Source: Candidatus Eiseniibacteriota bacterium
Lineage (GTDB): Bacteria > Eisenbacteria > RBG-16-71-46
Assembly (NCBI GenBank): GCA_963776245.1
Contig: CAVZLN010000003.1
Span: 448,001 to 512,000 of the forward strand
DNA length: 64,000 nucleotides
Direction: 5' to 3'
The first letter of the stretch is position 1. Every line of letters starts with the position of its first letter. A program made the translations under genes and the position numbers. The notes beneath the pieces were generated by a model that saw only the letters and a list, made by a program, of their open reading frames with translations, ran no database searches and was not told the origin of the DNA. Of this stretch, positions 1 to 8,378 are shown piece after piece.

Positions 1-2
1 GC

Positions 3-464
3 ACGCTGTCGCGGAAGGGCCAGGAGGTGGTGCTCGCGTGGGTGCTCGAGCACCTCACCGGGCTCACCAAGGACCGCCTGCTCGAGATCTACCTCAACAT
101 CATCGAGTGGGGCCCCGGGGTGCACGGCGCCGACGAGGCCGCGCACTACTATTTCGACCACGGCGCCGAGCGCGTCACGCTCGACGAGGCGCTGTTCCTC
201 ACCACGCTGGTGCCGGCGCCCACCCGGTGGCGCTACCGTCTCGAGCGCGACGGGACGCTGCGCACCTTCGAGCGCGCCCAGATGCGCTTCATCGGGCGCG
301 CGATGGTGACGAAGGGCTGGCTCGATCCGGCCCGGCTCCCGCCGGCCGACTCGCTGCGGGTGGGGATCCGGGGCGCAGCGCGGGACGTGCTGTTCCCGCC
401 GGACACCAGCGCCGGGCCGGCGGAGTCGGCGGCGATGGAGGAGGACACCCGGAGCGGGCGGTGA
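3..464 (+). CDS. Peptidoglycan transglycosylase (GT51/MtgA-like) domain protein, 5'-partial
   Basis: RKGQE...LTKDRLLEIYLNIIEWGPGVHGADEAAHYYF matches GT51 motifs; frame open from the window edge. Confidence 0.85.
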   Translation, partial: TLSRKGQEVVLAWVLEHLTGLTKDRLLEIYLNIIEWGPGVHGADEAAHYYFDHGAERVTLDEALFLTTLVPAPTRWRYRLERDGTLRTFERAQMRFIGRAMVTKGWLDPARLPPADSLRVGIRGAARDVLFPPDTSAGPAESAAMEEDTRSGR

Positions 465-497
465 AGGCGGCCGCGCCGGGCCAGCGGGGGACACGGG

Positions 498-728
498 TCA
501 CCGCTCGCGGCGCGTCAGCTCCGAGACCGGGATGAACGTGCTTCCCGCGCCGGGTGCGGACGCGCGCGGCACCGCGCCGGGCGACGGGGCTCGGCCGCCG
601 ATCGCGCATCCGGGACAATCCCCGCAGCCCGCTCCCTTGCGCGGGCGCACGCGCCGCGCCACCAGCCACACCAGCGCGGCGAGCGCCAGCGCCGCCGCCG
701 CGGCGTCCTGCCCGCCGAAGGCGCGCAT
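498..728 (-). CDS. Small FeoB-associated Cys-rich membrane protein (76 aa)
   Basis: ATG overlaps the feoB stop (TGATG); one hydrophobic helix followed by CGDCPGC. Confidence 0.75.
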   Translation of the reverse strand: MRAFGGQDAAAAALALAALVWLVARRVRPRKGAGCGDCPGCAIGGRAPSPGAVPRASAPGAGSTFIPVSELTRRER

Positions 729-2965
729 CAGCCCAGCCCCAGCAGGCGACCACCCTGGTAGACCGCGAACGACGCGACCCACGCCAGCGTGTTCATCATC
801 ACCACCATGAACAGCGGCCAGCGCCAGGAGTCGGTCTCGCGCCGCACCACCGCGACGGTGGACATGCACTGGCAGGCGAGCACGAAGAACACCATCAGGC
901 TCACTCCCACCAGCGGCGTGTAGGGCCTCCCGCCGCGCTCGTCGGTAGCATCGCGCAGGCGCTGGCGCAGCGACACCGCGGCGTCCTTGGCGTCGCCGAG
1001 ATTGAACACCGTGGCCATGGTGGAGACCATGACCTCGCGCGCCGCGAACGAGGTGATGAGCCCGATGCCGATGCGCCAGTCGAAGCCGAGCGGGCGGATG
1101 GCGGGCTCGACGAATCGTCCCGCGCGCCCGGCGAAGGAGTCGCGCAGGGTGAGGCCGGCCAGCTCGCGCTGCAGCGCCGCCGCGTGGGCGGTCTCCCCGG
1201 CCTGCTGCGCCGTGCGGATGCGTCCGCGCAGCGCTTCGATGGCCGTGCCGCCGCGCGGATAGGAGGCGAGGAACCAGAGCACCACCGAGACCGCCAGGAT
1301 CACGGTCCCCGCCTTGCCGAGGAACAGCAGCGAGCGCTCGCGCACGGTCGCCACCACCGAGCGCCACGCCGGCATGCGGTAGGGCGGCAGTTCCATCACG
1401 TAGAGCGGCTTGCCGCCCCGGAGCACGGTGCGCTTGAGCATCCAGGCGACCACGATCGCGGCGGCGATCCCGAGGAAGTACATCGAGAACAGCGTGATCC
1501 CCGGCAGGGTGACGAATCCCACCCAGCGATTGGGCACGAACGCTCCGATGAGCAGGGCGTACACGGGCAGGCGGGCGCTGCACGACATGAAGGGCGCGAT
1601 CATCATGGTGGTGATCCGATCGCGGCGGTTGTCGATGGTGCGCGTCGCCATGATGCCGGGGATGGCGCACGCGAACGACGACAGCAGCGGGATGAACGCG
1701 CGCCCCGAGAGCCCCACCTTGCCCATCAGGCGGTCCATGATGAACGCGGCGCGCGCCATGTATCCGCTGTCCTCGAGGATGGACAGGAAGAGGAACAGGA
1801 TGGCGATCTGCGGCACGAAGGTGATGGTGGTGCCCACCCCCGCGATGACGCCGTCCACCACCAGCGAGCGCAGCGGGCCCGCGGACATCAACCCCTCGAC
1901 CCAGCCGCCGAAGCGGCCCACCAGCCAGTCGATCGCGTCCATCGCAGGCTGCGCCCAGGCGAACACCGACTGGAAGACGGCGCCCATGAGCAGCACGAAG
2001 ATCGCCGGCCCCCACACCCGATGGGTGAGCACCCGGTCGATGCGCTCGCGCGCGGGGTCGCGCGGCGCCCCCGGGGCGATCACCGCGCGCGAGCGCACGC
2101 GCTCGATGGTCTCGTAGAGCCCTTCGACCTCGTCGGAGCGCCACCCCGGCTCGGTGGCATCGAGCCGGCGCCGCAGGATGCGCAGATCGTCGAGCACGTC
2201 GGGGAGCGCGGCGCGCGCGAGGGCGTCGTCCTCGCCGTCGTCCAGCAACAGCGCCATCGCCAGATCGTGACGTCCGCGCTCGGGCAGCAGCGGGTGGCGC
2301 GGCAGCCGCGCCTCGAGGCTCGTCACGACGCGCTGCACGTGCGCGGGCCAGCGGCGGAAGCGCACCTGGGAGGGCTCGACCTCGCGGTCCATGAGGCGAC
2401 GCAGGTTCCCGATCCCGTGGCCGCGGGCCGCCACGATGCCCACCACCGGCACGCCCAGCGCCAGCTCGAGCGCACGCTCGTCGATGCGCAGTCCCTGCGA
2501 CTCGGCGGCGTCCATCATGTTGAGCGCCAGGACCACCGGGCGGCCGATCTCGATCACCTGGAGCGCGAGGTAGAGATGGCGGTCGAGGTGCGTGGCATCG
2601 ACCACGAAGACGATCAGGTCGGGCGGCGGCGTGTCGGGCTGGAGCCCGAGCAGCACGTCGCGCACGATGACCTCGTCGGGCGATCCCGGATGCAGGCTGT
2701 AGGAGCCCGGCAGATCGATGATCTCGACGCGGCGTCCGGAGGGCAGGCCGCACGAGCCGGTTTTCTTCTCGACCGTCACGCCGGGATAGTTCCCGACCTT
2801 CTGGCGCAATCCGGTGAGGGCGTTGAAGAGGGTGGACTTCCCGGCGTTGGGATTGCCGAGGATGGCGATGCGCCGCGGTCGCGCGACCACCGGCCGCGGC
2901 GCGGCGCTCGCCGGCACCTCGCGCAGCGCGGGCCGCGCGGCGCGCGGATCAGCGGGGCTCGACAT
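728..2965 (-). CDS. feoB: Ferrous iron transporter FeoB
   Basis: GNPNAGKS, GNYPGVTVE, DLPG and NMMD GTPase motifs; multi-TM C-terminus with PFMSCSARLPVY and MELPPY. Confidence 0.97.
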   Translation of the reverse strand: MSSPADPRAARPALREVPASAAPRPVVARPRRIAILGNPNAGKSTLFNALTGLRQKVGNYPGVTVEKKTGSCGLPSGRRVEIIDLPGSYSLHPGSPDEVIVRDVLLGLQPDTPPPDLIVFVVDATHLDRHLYLALQVIEIGRPVVLALNMMDAAESQGLRIDERALELALGVPVVGIVAARGHGIGNLRRLMDREVEPSQVRFRRWPAHVQRVVTSLEARLPRHPLLPERGRHDLAMALLLDDGEDDALARAALPDVLDDLRILRRRLDATEPGWRSDEVEGLYETIERVRSRAVIAPGAPRDPARERIDRVLTHRVWGPAIFVLLMGAVFQSVFAWAQPAMDAIDWLVGRFGGWVEGLMSAGPLRSLVVDGVIAGVGTTITFVPQIAILFLFLSILEDSGYMARAAFIMDRLMGKVGLSGRAFIPLLSSFACAIPGIMATRTIDNRRDRITTMMIAPFMSCSARLPVYALLIGAFVPNRWVGFVTLPGITLFSMYFLGIAAAIVVAWMLKRTVLRGGKPLYVMELPPYRMPAWRSVVATVRERSLLFLGKAGTVILAVSVVLWFLASYPRGGTAIEALRGRIRTAQQAGETAHAAALQRELAGLTLRDSFAGRAGRFVEPAIRPLGFDWRIGIGLITSFAAREVMVSTMATVFNLGDAKDAAVSLRQRLRDATDERGGRPYTPLVGVSLMVFFVLACQCMSTVAVVRRETDSWRWPLFMVVMMNTLAWVASFAVYQGGRLLGLG

Positions 2966-3221
2966 GGATGTGCGCGGCTTCGCTGCGGCGAATGGAGAGG
3001 TGGATCTCGCGCAGGCGGAGTTCGACCGGATCGCCGAGCGGCGCGCGCCGCACCAGCTCGACCGCGGTGCCGGGGGTGAGGCCGAGCTCCATCAGGCGGC
3101 GGGCGATCGCCGGTTCGCCGGCGAGGCGCACGATGATCCCGGTCTCGCCGGGGGCGAGGGTATCGAGCGTGCGCACGTCGCGGGCCACGTGCTCGCGCGG
3201 TCCGCGAGCGCCTTCGCTCAC
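2949..3221 (-). CDS. feoA: Ferrous iron transport protein FeoA
   Basis: RRLMELGLTPG...RAPLGDPVE...LSIRRSEA; GTG start overlaps the upstream stop. Confidence 0.93.
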   Translation of the reverse strand: MSEGARGPREHVARDVRTLDTLAPGETGIIVRLAGEPAIARRLMELGLTPGTAVELVRRAPLGDPVELRLREIHLSIRRSEAAHIHVEPR

Positions 3222-3790
3222 GGACGCGGCTCCGAGCGTTCGATGTGCTGGATCGGCTCGCCCACCTCGCGCACCAGCGAATCGCGCAGGCACGAGTCCC
3301 CGCACAGGTCGCAGGCGCCGGGCGCATGGTGCGCGCAGGCGCCGGGGCTGGCGCGGAACGCGGCCCGGAAGGCGCGCGCGGACTCGTGTTCCGAACGCAT
3401 GAACGAGGTCAGGCGCAGCAGCTCGATCATCACCTGCGGGCTCACCAGGTGCTCGATCATGCACGCGTCCTCGCTCGCCACGTCCTCCGGCACCGCGAGG
3501 ATCTCGGACAGGAACACCGACAGCACCCGGCGATTCGACTCGGTGCGGCTGGCGAGCTCGCGTCCGGTGTCGGTGAGTTCGACGCAGCCGTAGCGCTCGT
3601 GGTCCACGAACCCGCGGGAGTGAAGGGTGCGCAGCATCGATGTGACGCCGCTCTTCGAGACCCCGAGCCGGTCGGCGATCTCGCTCACCTTGGCGAAGCC
3701 CTTCGCGGTCTTGATCGCGGCGACGGCCTGGAGGTAGTGCGCCATCGAATGGGAGACTTCCTTCTCGCCGAATCGCTTCCAAGTGTCCAC
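3218..3790 (-). CDS. DtxR/MntR-family metal-dependent repressor with C-terminal Cys/His motif
   Basis: HYLQAV...SEIADRLGVSKSGVTSML HTH, EDACMIEH metal motif; first gene of the feo operon. Confidence 0.9.
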   Translation of the reverse strand: MDTWKRFGEKEVSHSMAHYLQAVAAIKTAKGFAKVSEIADRLGVSKSGVTSMLRTLHSRGFVDHERYGCVELTDTGRELASRTESNRRVLSVFLSEILAVPEDVASEDACMIEHLVSPQVMIELLRLTSFMRSEHESARAFRAAFRASPGACAHHAPGACDLCGDSCLRDSLVREVGEPIQHIERSEPRP

Positions 3791-3830
3791 GGGGCTGCTC
3801 CTCCTCGGTTCTGGCCGGCTGCCTCAACAG

Positions 3831-3869
3831 AGTTCATGCATCTTAACTTGCCCCATGGCAGTTGTTCAA
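3831..3869 (-). promoter_or_regulatory. Candidate sigma70 promoter (TTGAAC-18-TAAGAT) with overlapping imperfect palindrome, possible DtxR-family operator
   Basis: AT-rich patch in GC-rich DNA about 40 bp upstream of the repressor; AGTTCATGCATCTTAACT (3831-3848) has AGTT/AACT arms. Confidence 0.45.
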
Positions 3870-4270
3870 TCGTCGGGTCCAGCCGCCACGCCGCGACCGG
3901 TCAGCCACCCGTCCATGACCCTCGGAACCGCGACCGGAGCGCCGCGATCGAACCGCCGTAATGCGTTCACATCATGGTCGTTGTCCGCGCATCCGCCCGC
4001 GTCGCGGCAGACCCGGTGGAGGCCCACGCCCGAGTCGGCAGGCGCCCTCCGGACGGCCGCTCGACCCGGGCGAAGGGGGCTCGAGCCTGCTCAAGCCTGG
4101 CGGAGCGGATGCGGGCGCCGCGCCCACCGGCACCCCTCGGACCTGGGTCGGCGGGGCCGCGCGGGGGCCACTGGAGAACCCCGTCAGCGGGTCGTCGGGG
4201 AGATGCCGTGCCTCGTGTAGCATGCGCCGGTCGCGAGCATCGTCATCCGGACATCCGAGAGGTCGCAGCC

Positions 4271-4993
4271 ATGCCGTTCACCAACGTCTACGGGGATCCC
4301 CGCCGCGCGGCCTCGTACGCCCAACTCGAGTTCCCCGGCACCTACCACCTCGCCTATCGCGACCTGCCCGCGATCCTGTCGCAGCATGTGGGGGGGACGC
4401 GCGCGGTCGACTTCGGCTGCGGGGCCGGGCGCTCGACGCGGTTCCTGAAGGCGCTCGGCTTCGACGCCATCGGGATCGACATCGCCGCCGACATGGTCCT
4501 GCTCGCGCGCGAGCGCGATCCCGCCGGGGACTACCGCGTCCTCGCCGACGGCGAATTCGGCGACCTCCCGCCGCGGGCCTTCGACCTCGTGCTGTCGGTG
4601 TTCACGTTCGACAACATCCCGGGCTGGGATCGCAAGGTCGCCCGGTTCGCGGGACTGCGCGGCCTGCTCCGCGAGGGCGGCCGCCTGGTGAGCCTGGTCT
4701 CGTCACCCGACATCTACGTGAACGAGTGGGCCTCGTTCACCACCCACCGGTTCGCGGGCAACTTCGTGGCGAAGACCGGCGACCCCGTGTACACGGAGAT
4801 GACGGACGTCGAGGACCGCCGCCCGGTCGAGGACATCCTCTGGCGCGACGAGGACTACCACGAGGTCTACCGCCGTTCCGGGCTCGAGGTGATCGAGACC
4901 TATCGCCCACTCGGCCGCGGCGACGAGGGGATCGCGTGGGTCAGCGAGACCCGCATCGCGCCGTGGGTGATCTACGCGCTGAAGGCCGTCTAG
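4271..4993 (+). CDS. Class I SAM-dependent methyltransferase
   Basis: VDFGCGAGRS motif I, GIDIA, FDLVLS; GAGG RBS before ATG 4271. Confidence 0.88.
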   Translation: MPFTNVYGDPRRAASYAQLEFPGTYHLAYRDLPAILSQHVGGTRAVDFGCGAGRSTRFLKALGFDAIGIDIAADMVLLARERDPAGDYRVLADGEFGDLPPRAFDLVLSVFTFDNIPGWDRKVARFAGLRGLLREGGRLVSLVSSPDIYVNEWASFTTHRFAGNFVAKTGDPVYTEMTDVEDRRPVEDILWRDEDYHEVYRRSGLEVIETYRPLGRGDEGIAWVSETRIAPWVIYALKAV

Positions 4994-4996
4994 CGA

Positions 4997-6622
4997 CTAC
5001 CCGACCACGATCTCCCCCTGGTCGTCGAGGTCGAACCGCATCGCGAGCGGCTCCCTCGGCAGTCCGGGCATGCGCAGGATCTCGCCGGTGATGGGCACCA
5101 GGTAGCCGGCGCCGGCGGCCAGCTGGATCTCCCGCACCGTGACCAGGAAGTCCTTCGGGCGGCCGAGCAGCGCGGGGTTGTCCGACAGCGATTGCTGGGT
5201 CTTGGCGATGCACACCGGCAGACCGCTGAATCCGAGTCGCTCGAGCTGGCTCTTGTCGCGCCGGGCGCGCGGCGCGTAGTCCACCGCCTCGGCGCCATAC
5301 ATCTCGCGGGCGACGGTGAGGATCTTCTGCTCGAGCGGCTCGTCCCATTCGTAGAGCGGCTTGTAGCGCGCCTCCGTGCGCTGCGCGAGGCCCCACGCCA
5401 CGTCGGCCAGCTCGCGTGCTCCCTCGCCACCCTCCGCGAACCCCCGGGTCACGACCGCCGACAGGCCGAGCACGTCGCAGTGGCGCTTCACCACGTCGAT
5501 CTCGTCCTGGGTGTCGGTGGGGAAGTGGTTGATCGCGACCACGCACCGCTGCTCGAACTTCCGGATGTTCTCGACGTGCTTCTCGAGGTTCGGGAGCCCG
5601 CGCTCCACCGCCGCCGGGTCGGGCGCGCTGACGTTCGCGAGCGGCACGCCACCGTGCATCTTGAGCGCGCGCAGCGTGGCCACCAGCACGGTCAGCGACG
5701 GCGCGAACCCGCCGTAGCGGCAGTTGATGTCGAAGAACTTCTCCGCGCCCAGCTCGAACGCGAACCCCGCCTCGGTCACCACGCAATCGGCGTACGCGAG
5801 CGCCATGCGGGTGGCGTTGATCGAGCTGGTGCCGTGCGCGATGTTCGCGAACGGTCCGCCGTGCACGAGCGCGGGCACACCCTCCACGGTCTGGACCAGG
5901 TTGGGCTTGATGGCGTCCTTGAGCAGGGCGGCCATGGCACCCACCGCCCGCAGATCGACGGCATGCACCGTGGTGCCGTCGGCGCGGAAGCCGACCACGA
6001 TGCGGCCGAGGCGCTCCTTCAGGTCGCGCACGTCCTGGGCGAGGCACAGGATGGCCATCACCTCGCTCGCGGCGGTGATGTCGAATCCGGTCTCGCGTGG
6101 CACACCCTCGCTCTTGCCCCCCAGCCCGATGACGATGTCGCGCAGGGCGCGGTCGTTCATGTCCATCGCGCGGCGCCACAGGATGCGGCGCGAGTCCAGG
6201 CCGAGCGCGTTGCCGTGATAGAGGTGGTTGTCCACCATCGCGGAGAGCAGGTTGTGCGCGCTGGTGACGGCGTGGATGTCGCCGTTGAAATGGAGGTTGA
6301 TGTCGTCCGCCGGCACCACCTGCGACCGCCCGCCGCCGGTGCCTCCGCCCTTCATGCCGAGGTAGGGCCCGAGCGACGGCTCGCGCAGCGCCGCGACGGC
6401 GTTCACCCCGTTCCTCGCCAGCCCCTGCACCAGGCCGACGCTGGTGGTGGTCTTGCCCTCGCCGGCGGGCGTGGGCGTGATCGCCGAGACCAGCACCAGC
6501 TTGCCCCGGGGCGCGTGTCCGTCGAGGGCCTGCAGGGAGATCTTCGCCTTGTGGTGGCCGTAGGATTCCAGATGCGCGGGGTCGAGACCCAGCGCGCGTG
6601 CGACCTCGGAGATGGGTTTCAT
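4997..6622 (-). CDS. fhs: Formate--tetrahydrofolate ligase
   Basis: TPTPAGEGKTTT, REPSLGP, KGGGTGGG, HGGPFANIAHG, IAKTQ, MPGLP. Confidence 0.97.
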   Translation of the reverse strand: MKPISEVARALGLDPAHLESYGHHKAKISLQALDGHAPRGKLVLVSAITPTPAGEGKTTTSVGLVQGLARNGVNAVAALREPSLGPYLGMKGGGTGGGRSQVVPADDINLHFNGDIHAVTSAHNLLSAMVDNHLYHGNALGLDSRRILWRRAMDMNDRALRDIVIGLGGKSEGVPRETGFDITAASEVMAILCLAQDVRDLKERLGRIVVGFRADGTTVHAVDLRAVGAMAALLKDAIKPNLVQTVEGVPALVHGGPFANIAHGTSSINATRMALAYADCVVTEAGFAFELGAEKFFDINCRYGGFAPSLTVLVATLRALKMHGGVPLANVSAPDPAAVERGLPNLEKHVENIRKFEQRCVVAINHFPTDTQDEIDVVKRHCDVLGLSAVVTRGFAEGGEGARELADVAWGLAQRTEARYKPLYEWDEPLEQKILTVAREMYGAEAVDYAPRARRDKSQLERLGFSGLPVCIAKTQQSLSDNPALLGRPKDFLVTVREIQLAAGAGYLVPITGEILRMPGLPREPLAMRFDLDDQGEIVVG

Positions 6623-6796
6623 AGGCGGCGGAATATACCGGAACGCGGGGCGCGCACGGAGCCGGGGCCCGCGGCACCGCCCCCGGCCGCGGCTGGACCG
6701 CGCCCCGGGGCCCGCGTACACTCCGGTCGGGTTCCCATCTCCGTGGTCCGTCCGTCTCCGTGCATCGCTCGGGAGCCCGCTCCCCGGGATGACCTC

Positions 6797-7264
6797 ATGC
6801 CTGCTGGACTCATGCTCTATCTGCATCTGGTGTTCGCGTTCGTCTTCGTCGGCGCGGTGCTGAGCGCGCACTGGAACGCGCTGGCGGCGCGCCGCACCAG
6901 CGATTGGGCCCGCCGGGCGGCGCTGCTCGAGGCCAACGCGAGCGTCACGACGACCTTCGGTCTCGCGGCGCTGGGGCTGCTCGGCGTGCTCGGCAACGCG
7001 GCGGCGGTCGAGCTCGACTACCGCATGGCGACCGATGCGTGGTTGCGCTGGGTGAACGGCTCGTGGGTGGTGCTCGTGCTGATGGCGGCGGTGTTCGACC
7101 TGAGCGCGGCGCGCGCGCTGGCGCGGATCGCCCGGGCGGGCGCGGCAGGCGAGGCCACCACCGGCTACGACGCCGCGCTCCGCCGCTGGCGGCTCTCGAA
7201 TGGCCTCCTGCTCCTGGGCTTCCTCGCCTTCCTCGGACTGATGGTATTCCGGTGGCGTTCCTGA
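6797..7264 (+). CDS. Four-helix integral membrane protein (DUF2269-like)
   Basis: LYLHLVF N-terminus, four hydrophobic segments, LMVFR C-terminus. Confidence 0.6.
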   Translation: MPAGLMLYLHLVFAFVFVGAVLSAHWNALAARRTSDWARRAALLEANASVTTTFGLAALGLLGVLGNAAAVELDYRMATDAWLRWVNGSWVVLVLMAAVFDLSAARALARIARAGAAGEATTGYDAALRRWRLSNGLLLLGFLAFLGLMVFRWRS

Positions 7265-8058
7265 CGGCAGCGTTCGCCGCGCCTTCCGGGGGGCCCGAAC
7301 TGCGCGCGCTGGTCGCCGGCTTCGCGCTCATGGTCGTCGGGCTCGCGGCGCTCACCCTGCGCCGCGATCGTCGCGAGCCGCTGCGTTCGCCCCATTCCAC
7401 GCGACGGGCGCTGTGCTACGCCATCGTGTACGGGCTGTGCGCCGCGTGCTTCGCGCGCCTGATCAGCCCGGCGCTGCTCGGCAACGTCCACTCACCGTGG
7501 CTCTACGCGCTCGGCGACGTGGTGTTCGTCACGCTCGCGCTGTTCGTGTGGGTGATGACCCTGGCCGAGGACTTCCGGCTCTCGGAGCTCGGTTTCCACG
7601 GGACCGCCCCGCTGCGCTTCGTGCTCGCCACCCTGCTCGGGCTGGTCGCGGCGGGGGTGTACGCCTTCGGGCCGCTGCGGGACCTCGCCCGTCACGGCGT
7701 CACGACCAATCCCGACGCGCTGGTGTTCGCCGGACTGGCGGCGCTGGTGGGCTCCGCGCTGCCCGAAGAGGTGCTCTTCCGCGGCTATCTCATGGGCTCG
7801 ATGGGCGGACGGGCGCGCCGCTGGGCACGGGTCGCCGTTCCGGCGCTGGTGTTCACGCTGGTGCGCTCGGCGCGCTTCCTGCCCGGGCTCGACCTGACCC
7901 CGGCGGACTGGCTGGTGTACGTGTTCGGGACCGCCCTGCCGCTCGGCCTGTGGTGGGGCGTGATGCGCGATCTGGCCGGCGGCTCCATCTGGCCGGGCCT
8001 GATCTCGCACGCCGCGCTCGAATTCTGCCTCGTGCTGGCGAGCGCGAGCCGCCCCTGA
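7252..8058 (+). CDS. CPBP (Abi/CAAX) family intramembrane glutamic endopeptidase
   Basis: PEEVLFRGYL and GSIWPGLISHA motifs; multi-TM; start uncertain. Confidence 0.8.
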   Translation: MAFLTAAFAAPSGGPELRALVAGFALMVVGLAALTLRRDRREPLRSPHSTRRALCYAIVYGLCAACFARLISPALLGNVHSPWLYALGDVVFVTLALFVWVMTLAEDFRLSELGFHGTAPLRFVLATLLGLVAAGVYAFGPLRDLARHGVTTNPDALVFAGLAALVGSALPEEVLFRGYLMGSMGGRARRWARVAVPALVFTLVRSARFLPGLDLTPADWLVYVFGTALPLGLWWGVMRDLAGGSIWPGLISHAALEFCLVLASASRP

Positions 8059-8378
8059 GCGCCGTCCGCGCCGCGGGAGTGACTCGCGGCCATCGCGCGG
8101 CGCCGGTCACACCCCGCCGGGCGCGAAACCGCCCCTGCGCGGGGAGCATCTCATCCTGAGGAGTCCGGTGGGGGGCCAGGCGGGCGCCCTCCCGCCATCC
8201 CCTTCGGGCGTTCTACACGCCATGGCGGAATCCCATCGCATGTTGCACTCGCGGGTCCGGAATCCGGCGGGTCACGACCGTGATTAGAGATGGCCCGGGG
8301 AGGGCATCTTTTCGTACAATCGTTCCCGGCGTCCCCCATCGTGCACCCATGCTGCCTCTCGAAGGCGGAGGAAAACCC

